DNA of 64,000 nucleotides, from the NCBI GenBank assembly GCA_004431415.1, contig QPMI01000036.1, positions 186,001-250,000 of the forward strand. The letters run 5' to 3'. Positions 54,313-64,000 of this stretch are shown one piece after another. Below the pieces are notes generated by a model. That model ran no database searches, was not told where the DNA came from, and saw only the letters and a list, made by a program, of their open reading frames with translations. This DNA is from Cyanophora paradoxa CCMP329 (lineage: Eukaryota; Plantae; Glaucophyta). The stretch's first letter is position 1; every line of letters begins with the position of its first letter. The translations under genes were made by a program, and so were the position numbers.

Positions 54313-56008
54313 TCATTGGATGGTGCAGCAGGGGCAGGCGCGGTTCTTCTGCTGCTGCTGGGGAGGGGGCAGGCTGCGGGCGGCCTGCTGGAGCTGGGCG
54401 ATCGTGCTGTCCTTGTTCTGCATCTCCCGCATCTGCATCGTCGTCCGCGCCTCCAGCTGGCTGATCTTCGACTCCAGCTGCAGGTTCATCTCCCGCAGCT
54501 GGGAGGGCGGCGCCGAGGGTGTGTCGGCGGGGGGGGGGGCGGCACGGGGGGGGGCTGCGGGGGCGCACCCGCTGGGACTCCTCCTTGGCCTGTTTCTCGA
54601 GGTCCTCCTGCTTGGATTTGAGCATCCGCACGGCCTCTGCCTTCGCCTTCACCACCTCCTGCTCCGACTCCTCCCGCGCCCGCGCCAGCTCCCGCTCGTG
54701 CAGCTGCCGCCCCGCGTCAGGCGCAGTCTCACAGCAAGAAAGACCGACAATCTCCAAGGATAACGTGGGAGGGCGCACCTCGAGCAGGCTGCGCTCCGTC
54801 TCTTCCCTGGTCGTGGCGACGGTGCGCTCCCAGTTCTCGCGCTCCCTCTGCACCAACGCCTCCGCCTCCTCCTTTGCCGCCTGTAATCGCTGCCTGCAGC
54901 GCGGGTCGGGAGCGAACTGATGAGCACCTGGCGTGGCAGCGGACCTTTCTTCCCTCGCTTGCGCTTGGAACTTCTCTCTTTCTTTGCTGTGCTCGAGGAC
55001 CAGCCGCTCCAGATCTTCCCGAAACTGCCCTCCGAACACATCATGAGCACGCTGCATCAAAGAGAAACGGATAAGGTGTGGTGAAGGAACAGACCCTTCG
55101 GCAGACTTCTTCATGCTCTCCCCGCAGTGGCCGGAGCTGCTTATCCACCTCCACGTCAAGCAGGGCGGGGAGATCCAGGAGGAACAGCTCCAAGTGAATG
55201 TCCTCCGTGTCCATGGTGTTCCGGATGCGCCCCGCGGGCAGCTGCATGGCGTACCTGCCACCGGGGCTCAGCCTCGATGCGCAGAGCCAGCCGCACGCGT
55301 GGAGCGAGCGGACCATGATCGGTACACCATATTGGGCTGCATCCCTTCTAGCGATACGAAGAGATCCGCCAGCAGCGGGTCGACCTGCGGCTGCTGCCCG
55401 TCGCCGATCTGGTGGTGGAGCTCCACGCGTACGTTGTCCGTCAGGTCGCCAGTCAGCTCGCCCTGCACGGGGCTGGGAGCGGAACGAGAGGTGAGCTCGA
55501 CGAGCGCCTGGGCGAGCAGCCGATGAGCGCACAAGGAGAACTCGGCGTTCCAGTCCGGGTTCACGTTCGCGAAGAGCGTCTTCGTCCAGTACTCCGTCTC
55601 GTGCAGCCTCAAAGTTGCGTAGCCTGCTCATGAAGTTTAAGCTCGCTTTCGACTCTGCAGCCCGTAGACGCCGGAAACTCGAGCGCACCGTTGTGCTCAG
55701 CCTGCCCCGCCTCGTCCAGGCCTCCGAGCAGGTTCTTGGCCTCAATGACTGACGGAAAAGTATAAGCACAAGAACGTAGGGCCATGCGCGATAACAGAAG
55801 AGCGGGGCGCACCCCGAACGAGAAGCCGCCGCTGGCTCATCCACTGCTTCAAATCCAGCTCCTCGTCGTCAAACGGGATGGCCGTCTGATCATCGTGATG
55901 ATACCGGGCCGAGGACAGAGGGCTAGCTATGTCAAGCTGGACGTCGTCGAGGTAGTGCGCCGGTTTCGACGGGACCGGGGCGTAGGAGCCCCGCGAATCG
56001 CCCAGCAT
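54313..56008 (-). CDS. C2-domain + coiled-coil protein ending in a CaaX motif (…RACPCCTIQ*)
   Basis: LLVRVIEAKNL…WTKTLFANVNPDWNAEF…VRVEL…W (C2), E/R/K/Q-rich coiled-coil exons, TGA at 54313-54315. Confidence 0.8.
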
Positions 56009-56148
56009 GCGCGCCCCCGCAGCACCTAGCTAACGATTTCGTGCACGACAGCCGCCCGGACTGGCGGCTGTTCAAGCCGCTGTTGATCGGCGGGGTACAG
56101 GGTCTCGGAAGGGTCGCTACGGATTACAGGGGATCTGCTGCGGATTGC

Positions 56149-57865
56149 ATGGTCGCTACGGCCTTTGTGGCTCCGGCCCCGCTGCACCCGGCTGCAGCAG
56201 CGCCGAGGAGCTGCTTTGCGCACAGCACGCGCAGCCCGGCCGCAGCTGCGGGCCGCAAATCCGGCGTCTGCCGCTCTTACAGCCTTCAGATCGCATTACA
56301 GCCGGATGTCACTAGAACGACTAGAACGACCGCGCGCTGCCCGAGTGGCAGCCAGCGGCGCGGCACGTTCGTCGGCTTGCGGCTCCAGGGCGCCGCGCAC
56401 CCGGTCCCCGCTTGGTCCCATGGCAGCGTACGCACAGTTCCGCTCGTCATGCGGCTCATTTGCAGTCCGTTTGTTCATTCGTTCGCGCAGAGTGCACGCG
56501 GGCCACTCTGCCAGGCCAACGACGGCGAGGGTGCCCCAGACGAGGGAGATCTAGACAATGCAATGCCTGCCATCCCGAACAGCCTCTCCCACATAGCGCA
56601 GCTGAATCAGGCGATGCAAGAGGCCGCGGAGCGCGAGGACTTCGAAACGGCGGCGAAGTTGAGGGACGAAATCCTTGCGCTGGAGGGGGCGAGCCTGCTC
56701 GTGGCGGAGCCCGAACGCGAGCTCGCATCCTTATCGCCATCGAGCATCATCCAAAAGTGCATCAACATGCTGAAGACTGGCAAGACGACAGGCGCCCGCC
56801 CTGTGTCCCACGCGTGCGCCCGTGCGCATGTGGGGCAGGGCCGATCGGGGCGGCGGCGCAGATCGGTGCTTCGCGTGCGACCAGCTGGGCGAGGTCGGCG
56901 TGGGGGAGAAGGCCCTCGAGGCGCTCGCGGTGCGCCCTCCCGGCGCCGGCGCCCCGCGCCCGGCGCCGGGCGGCGGCTGAGGGGCGGGGCAGGAGGCGCT
57001 GCACGACAGCAGCGTGGACGTGCGGAACCGGGCGGAGCGGGCGTTCTGGCTGGTGGTGCACCGCTACGGGATGGCCGAGGTGGACGCCCGCCTCCAGGAC
57101 GGCATCACCGCCATGCGCGAGGGCCGCCTCGGTCCGCGCGCCCCGCCCGCGGGCCCCGCCGCGGCCCCGCCCGACGCGGGGCGGGCGCGGGGCGCAGAGG
57201 ACGGGGTGCGCATCTTCGGCGAGGTCATCCGCCTCGCCCCGGACTTCGCCGGCGCGCTCCCCTCCCCGCCCGGCCCCGCCCCCCGCCCCCGCCTGAGCCC
57301 GCCCCAGAGGCGTACAACAAGCGCGCGACGTGCCTGTACCTCCTCAAGCGCTTCGACGCGAGCCTCGCCGACTGCGAGAAGGCCCGACGCACCCCGCCCC
57401 GCGCCGCCCCGCCCCGGCCCCGGGCGGCCGACGCCGGCGCAGGTGGTCGAGCTGCAGCCGAAGCACTTCGGCGCCCTCTCCGGCATGGGCCTCTGGTGCC
57501 CCCCCCCCCGCCCGCAAGCCCCCATCCGCCCCGGCCCGGCCCGACGCCGGGGGGGGCCAGCCGGATCGGGCAGGACGACTACGAGGGGGCGCTCCAAGCA
57601 TTCACGCGCGCCGTCGCCGTCAACCCCGTGCGCCCCACGCCGCCCGCCCCCCTACGCCGCCCGCCCCCCTGCGCCGCCCGCCCCGCTTCGCGCCCCTGAC
57701 GTCTTGACCGCCACAGAACATGCTGCAAGTGAGCCGCGCGGCCGTCGGGTCAGACGGGGCGGGCGCCCCGGCCCCTGACGCCCGCCCTCGCCCGCGCAGG
57801 TGAAGCAGTACATCGCGGCCGTCCGCGTCAAGCTCCAGAAGCGCGACCGCGAGCGCGGGCAGTGA
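56149..57865 (+). CDS. Plastid-targeted UVR-domain + HEAT/TPR protein
   Basis: Transit peptide MVATAFVAPAP…, UVR motif LNQAMQEAAEREDFETAAKLRDEI and TPRs APDFAEAYNKRATCLY…QPKHFGALSGMGL. Confidence 0.85.
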
Positions 57866-58042
57866 TGCGGCTGCGCAGCGCGCGAGACTCGGAGGGCGCT
57901 GCGGCAACTTGTACACATTTCCCTGTACCATATGAACAGACGTAGATCTAGACTGCACTGTGAACGGGACGCGTCCGATGGCCGCACGGATGTGGCCACG
58001 GGGGGGGGGGGGGGGGGGTAAAGCGGCGAAAGCAGGCTGGAA

Positions 58043-58607
58043 ATGGGGCGCGTCGGGGACACTCGCCGCGCTGTGAAGAACACCGTGAACACGATCGGCA
58101 AGGTCGGGAAGGTGCGTCGGGTCGATCCCGCCGATACTCCGAATCCTGCTAGCTTCGTTCCATCCGCCTCTCCGCTCGCCTCGTTTCGCGCTGCATAGCT
58201 TTTACCGGATAGGCACAAGCTCCCCGAGATCGCGAGCTGCCGCTTGGTCGCACCACATGAGCTCGCCGCTGACGCTTGACTGCACCCAGAACGCGATGTA
58301 CTATGGCTTCGTGGTACGCCAGCTGCATTATTGCCTCGCTTCTGCTGCGCTCCCTCTCACGCGCTCGGCCCGCGCAGCCCCTCATCCTCTACCGTGCGCC
58401 GCGCCAGCTACCGAACCCTGGTCCCCTTTCTGCCCCGCCTCGCTTTATGCTGACGTGCACCGCTCCGCCGGCAGTTGGCTTCACGCAGTGCAACCCGCGG
58501 CCTGCGGTGCTCGGCCCCTCTCCGCTCGTGCGCGGGCGCACCTCACGCCACGCGGGCAGCTCGGCGACCTGCTCTGGACGGCGACCCAGGCGGTCCCGCA
58601 GCAGTAG
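58043..58607 (+). CDS. TOM7: Mitochondrial outer-membrane translocase subunit Tom7 (59 aa, 5 exons)
   Basis: Exons 58043-58102, 58290-58313, 58378-58393, 58475-58506 and 58560-58607 (all GT-AG) give MGRVGDTRRAVKNTVNTIGKNAMYYGFVPLILYLGFTQCNPRPALGDLLWTATQAVPQQ*, with the Tom7 signature YG[FY]xPLILYLG…PRP. Confidence 0.9.
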
Positions 58608-58897
58608 ACATGCAACGCGCACGGCGGCTCCGCGTCGGCCCCCCGGCCGCCTCTATCAGTGCGATCGCAGGGCAGCGGTGCCCCACGCACTCCCGCCCTC
58701 GCATGTGAAGGCTTCTCTTAGGTTAATCGAGTAGGATACAGATTGCGTTACTTCGCTCAAAATGAACATATGGATCCTCGTACTAGTACTACGCTCGTTA
58801 ACTTAGGGGCGCGGGCACTGAGAAGCGCCTGCGGCTACGGGCAGAGACAGGGGGCGGGTGTGAGCTTCTCGTACTACGACACCAGCTGACGCGGGCA

Positions 58898-60652
58898 CTA
58901 CTTGGTGGAGCCGATGCCGAAGTAGGCGGGCATGAGGTCCTTGGCGTGGCCGTTGGCGTGCTCGGCGACCCCGAAGAGCTCGAGGCCGACGGGGATCATC
59001 GGCCGCTTCAGGTTCCACCCCAGCTGCGCGCCCCCCGCGCGTCAGGTTGGGGCCTCGCAGGGGATGGGAGGGGCGGGGGCCCCGGGGCGGGCGGGGGAGG
59101 CACCTCCATGTAGGTCGTGATGGGCCGCAGGTACTTCTCCTTCGGCTCGAGCGCCGCCAGCCGCTCCCGCAGCGGCAGTTCCGCGCTGCTCACCGGCGCG
59201 GATGCGCTGCCGCTGAGCCCGGCGCCGCTGCGGCCGCGGGCGGTGCCGCGCTCGTAGGCGGCGCTGCCGTGGGAGGCCTGGATGCGCCGCGGCGGCTCCA
59301 TCTCCCGCACGATCGTCACGTTCCCCGCCACCGTCACGCTCCCCGAGGCCGCCGGCTGCGACGCCGCCGCCGCCGCCGCCGACGCCGGCCGCCCCTTCGT
59401 CGCCTCCCCGGGCGCCGCCGCCGCCCCCGGAGCGTCGTTCTCGTCGGCGGGGGGCGCGGGGCGCGGCTGGGCGCTCTTCGCGCGGCGGCGGGCCTCGCGC
59501 TTCTCGCGCTCGGCGGCGCGCTCCTTCTGGAGCCAGTTGGGGAGGGAGAGCTCGCGCAGGTGCGCCTGCTTGGCGAGCTGCTCCCGCATGTGCGCGTTCA
59601 GCACCTCCGCCGGCGTGTACTGTGGCGGCTTCGTCAGCCCCTTCTTCAGCCTGCGCAGCGCGGGGCCGTCAGCCGGTGCCGCCGGGGCGGGAGGGGCGGG
59701 GGCGGGGCGGGGCGCGCTTGTTGGGATGCGAGATCTCGCCGGCGACGAGGAGGGAGGCGCTGCCCGGCTGCTGCCCTCCCCGCGACGCCGCCCGCGCGAG
59801 CTCCATCGCCTTCATCCGGTGCGGGGCGACGGGGAGGGTCTTGACGCCGGCGTGCTGGTTGCGCTCGGGGGCGTCGGCGAGGCCCTCCCAGCCGGCGAGC
59901 TGCTCGTCGTAGTAGTACGGGTTGAACGGCGGCGGCGTCGCCCCGCCGCTCGACGGCGCCCGCCGCACGAACGGGTCCCCCAGCACGGGGCCCCCGCCCT
60001 TCGGCACGGGGCCCGCCCCGCGCACGTTCCCCGCGGGGGCCGCCGAGGCGCGCCGCCGGACCTCCTCGGGGCTCGGGTCCGGCTTGCCGTCCACCGCGAG
60101 CTGCTTCTCCCCCGCCTCCGCCCACGCGTTCTTCAGGTTTCCCTGCCGCGCCGCCTCCCGCGCCGCCTTGCTCGCGTAGTACTCCTTCGAGACCTGTGCC
60201 CGCCCTCAGCGCCCGCCCCGCCGCCGCCCTCGAGGGGGAGGAGGAGCACCTCGCCGAGGATGCGCGCCCGCCGCGCCTGCACTTGGGGGCCATTCCCCGT
60301 GATTCCCCCGAAGTGATCAGACCAGTGCTTGTCCTGCCGCACCGAGTCAGGCGCCGGCGGGCATCTGCGAGGGCCGGCCCTCGCTGACCGTCCAGAACTC
60401 TTTGTTGATGGTGTCCCGCCAGATACTGCGCCGCGGATGATCAATAAGCAAGAAAGAGCCTCAAGGTAGCGGCGCCGCTGGTCTTAGCCAGAAGCCAAAA
60501 CGGTCTCAAGATAGAGCCGTCGCGAGTCTTAGCTAGAAGCCTAGCTGGCGGCGAGGCGTCGCAAGAACACTCAGAAAGCATGGCACAGGAACTCACATGT
60601 CGGCTGTCACTGCATCCACCGCCCTAGCACTGTCGCCGCGGCTGATGGCCAT
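58898..60652 (-). CDS. Probable ciliary microtubule inner protein-like protein
   Basis: N-terminal AVTADIIWRDTINKE…W and C-terminal PKEKYLRPITTYMELGW, resembling motifs in CIMIP1/FAM183-type MIPs. Confidence 0.55.
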
Positions 60653-60960
60653 GTCGCCTCTCTGTATGTGCCGTTGAGGCTTAGCTAGCCGCCACAAGTC
60701 GCTAGCTCTTAGTTTCTCGCTCCTTTATCGTCCGCACGGCTCCTGGAAGCTCGCCTAGGCTGGAGCCGCGGAGAGTTCGTGTGCTAAAATTTGTGGTCTC
60801 TTGGTGGGGTAGCGTATTTCTGGTGCATAGGGGTAGAGCCGACGCTGCCGGCGTCCACGTCCCCGCCAGCTGCAGCGCGTACGCTGCACCTGTAGTGTTG
60901 GTTGAGCACTGTCGACATAAGCTGCGCACAGCGGACCGACAAGGAAGCCGTCCATTGATC

Positions 60961-63900
60961 ATGTCGATCTTGAGCCTTCCTGGTGCGTGCACGCGCCTCT
61001 GGCGCCCCTCGCTCCTGTCTAAACCGCCCGCCTGCGCAGATGAGCTGCTGTTGTTGGTGATGGAGAAGCTTGCGCTAGCCACAGACACGATGAGCGTCCT
61101 GCGGGGCCTCGCATCCGCGCGGCGCCGCTTCCAGAGGGTCGCGTACGGGGACCACTCGACGCTCTTTGAGGAGCCCGTGTTCGCACGAGTCAGCAGCCCC
61201 TCAGCGCCGATGAACCGCCGCAATGAGCCGTACGTATGCGCGGACCACTCAACGCTCTTTGAGGAGATCGGGTTCGGACGAGTCAGCAGCCCCTCGCCGC
61301 CAATTAGCCGCAATATTGTCAGTGTACGCATGCTCACGCCCCCGGGCGGGGTTGTCGCAGCTTGCCAGCTTGAGGGACGCGTACGCAGCTCATGATCAAG
61401 AGGAGGGTGGAGCTTCGCAGGTGGCGCGGGAGGTCGTGCGGCTGGCCGCGAAGTTCGGAGAGCGCATCGAGCGGCTGGACGTCGGGGGGGTGCACTTCGG
61501 CGCCGCCGTCGGTGGCGAGCCCGCGCGGAGCCCGCTGGTGGAGGTCCTCTGCGCCTGCCCGAACCTCACCCACCTCTCCCTCGCCCCCGCTGCCTCCGAA
61601 TTCAACACCGCCTCCGCCCGCCCCATTTCTCTCGTGGGTCTCCCCGACGGTTTCGCCCTGCCGCGCCTCCGCCACCTCGACCTCTCCGGGCTCGCCCTTC
61701 CCCTCCCCGCCCTCCACCGCCTCCTCGCCGCCTGCGCCCCCTCCCTCCAGCGCCTCTTCCTGCGGTGCGCGGCCCGCTCGCGATCGGCGCAACCGCCTCC
61801 CTCCCTCCCCTCCCCCTTCCCCCCCCCCCCCCCCCCCCCCCCCCCCCGCCCCCTTGCGCCTGATGCGGCGGGCGGCAGGGGCTCGCGCGAGGCCCGCGGG
61901 GACGGGTTTCCGTGGGATGTGCTGCGAAATGCGGAAGACACCTCGGGGACGCTTTTCATAGCCGCCGACATCAGCGGCCCCCGCGAGTCCGTAGCCGCCG
62001 CCCTCGACGGCCTCCGGTGCGCCTCCGCGCCGCCCCTTCCCCCCTTTCCGCCCCCCCCCCCCCCTCCGTTCCCACCCCCCCCCCCCCCCCCCGCCGCCGG
62101 CGCCGGGGGCGATGGGGAGGGCGGGGGGGGCAGGTTCCCTCGGCTGGAGAGCGTGGACCTCGCCTGCAGGGGCGTGAGCCCCCTCGAAGCGCGCCGCCTC
62201 CTCCGCGCCCTCCCCGCCCTCCGCGACCTCTACCTCGTCCGCCCCGCGCCGCCCGCCCCGCCCCGCCCCGTCGCACTCCTCGCGATCGCGCGCTCGCAGC
62301 TCGCGCCGGAGAGGCGCGGGTTTGCGCTCTGGGGCGTGGAGCAGGCGCCGGCGCTGCAGTGGGAGGAGGTGTTCGCGGAGGAGGCCTCCTCCCCCCGCCG
62401 CCTCTGCATCCGCACGCCCCTCGTGCGCCCCCTCGATCCCGAGCCCCCGGGGCCCTCCGAGACTCACGCGACTCCGCGGCGGCCGCAGCGCGACATGGAC
62501 GCCGCGTCTCTGCGGGCGCTCCGCGCGCACTTCGACGGGACGGCGTACCCCCGCCCCCCGGAGTCCTGCCTCGACGTGCCTCGTCTCGCGCTTCCCGCCT
62601 TCTTCGAAGGTCTCCGAGCAGCTCTAAATCTTTGCGAGAGTTGCGCGCCTGGCGATCGTAGCTGACGCTCGCGGCGGCAGCGCTCTCGATGGGGGCGAGT
62701 GGGGTGGAGGATGCGCGGAAGCTCGTCTCCGCCCTCGGCCTCTCGCCCCTCGCGCGTCCGCAGGCGCACCCGACCGGCCGCGACCCGTGGGCACGCCCTC
62801 CCGCTCCCTGCCGCCCGGGCCGCGCCGGGCCGGGGCGCCAACCCCCTCGGAGCAGGTGCCGCCGTACTTCCGCCCGACAGCGGGCGGGGCGAGGGCGGTG
62901 CAGAAGACGGCCCTCGAGCTCCTCGTGAGTGCGCACGCGTGCACGCCGGCGCACGCGTACGAGAGGCGCGCCCCCGTCGATGCCTCCACAGTGCGGGAGG
63001 CGAGCTCCCCTCCGCCTCTCCTTCGAGTTCGCCGGCCGCCTCTCACCCGCGCCGCGCCGCAGCTGATCGGGGAGTGGGGGCTCGCGCCCCTGTTGAACGG
63101 AGGGAGCGTGCTGCAGCTCGCCGCCACGCACCACCCGGCACTCATCGACATGCTGGTCGAGGCCGGCGCCGACCCCGCCCTCCAGGCGCCCCCCGCCCCG
63201 CCCCGCGCGCTCGCCCTCGCGCCCCACGCGACCTTTCCTCACGTGCACGCCGCTGTGTAGGACGCAAGAGGCGCTCCCGCGTTGCTCGCTGCGTGCAAGG
63301 CCGGGCAGGAAGAGGCCGTGCGCGCATTGCTAAAGCTTGGCGCCGACCCGCACTGCACGGTACAGCCCTGTATCGACACGTATCCAATCCCGCGCGCCTT
63401 GACTCCCTCCTCCCTCGCGGGGCGGCGCCGGCAGGACACCGATGGCTCCACTTTGCTGCACGTTGTCTGCAAACAAGGCCTCGTGTCTTTGGCTCAGGCT
63501 CTGGTCGAGGCCGGCGCAGATCCCTCCTCCCTCCAGGCGCCCCCGGCCCCGCTCTCGCCCTGGCCCCAGCGCCCTTTCCTCACGCCGCTCGTGCAGGACG
63601 CTCGGGGCGCTGCCGCGTTGCTCGCTGCGTGCAAGGACGGGCGGGAAGACGCCGTGCGCGCTCTGCTCAAGTTTGGCGCCGACCCGCTCTCCAGGGTGCC
63701 CCCTCCTCGATGCCCCGCCCGCCCCAGCCCCAGAGCCCTCCGCCCGTGACGGAGCGGCGCGGCCGCGGGGCAGGACGCAGCGGGCGCGACTCCTCTCCAC
63801 GTCGCGTGCGAGCTGGGCCTGCTGAAGGCGGCGCGGGCGGTGCTGGAGGCGGCGGGGGGCGCGGGCGTGGACGCGCTCTCCGCGAGGGACGCCGCCGGCC

Positions 63901-64000
63901 GCACCCCACTCCAGAGGCTCGCCGGCTCCCACTCGCGACCGGCACCGGCGCCCGCGCCCGCGCTGGAGCCTGAGGACGACCTCGACGAGCCGCACGCGCC
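60961..64000 (+). CDS. F-box + LRR + ankyrin-repeat protein (runs off window)
   Basis: MSILSLPDELLLLVMEKL (F-box), CPNLTHLSL / LPRLRHLDLSG / FPRLESVDL (LRR) and G…LLAACKAGQEEAVRALLKLGADP (ANK). Confidence 0.85.
61141..61320. repeat. 93-bp imperfect tandem duplication just after the F-box
   Basis: gaccactc[g/a]acgctctttgaggag…gagtcagcagcccctc at 61150 and 61243. Confidence 0.9.

Overview
GC-rich, intron-dense eukaryotic nuclear DNA with many short introns and microexons, so the six-frame ORF track is mostly fragments. All gene models below were spliced by eye. Single-part plastid transit peptides with an N-terminal AF/AY motif, flagellar genes and a nuclear mitochondrial ATP1 suggest a glaucophyte-like alga such as Cyanophora (inference). 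About 14-64 kb is a compact run of housekeeping genes, often head-to-head: TSEN34, a coiled-coil/PH protein, archaeal-type DHBP synthase, a motor-less dynein heavy-chain N-terminal protein, NLE1, RBM28/NOP4, ubiquitin-NEDD8, a NIF phosphatase, GST, ATP1, CDH1/FZR, NEDD1, AHA1, THIC, a C2-CaaX protein, a UVR-TPR protein, TOM7, a ciliary MIP-like protein and an F-box/LRR/ankyrin protein. The first ~14 kb is accessory. A ~1.7 kb near-identical duplicated cassette carries a divergent promoter, MGxxxS leader exons and the start of a secreted Cys-rich/Ser-Pro protein. It is fused once to a RAMA-like/pseudo-OTU/dynamin-like GTPase gene and once to a TIR-domain gene, and copies of a short motif sit at the module edges. 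This is a candidate modular defence/immune locus. Splicing is also unusual: about half of the THIC donors are GC, one intron is a probable U2-type AT-AC, and many introns have self-complementary ends.
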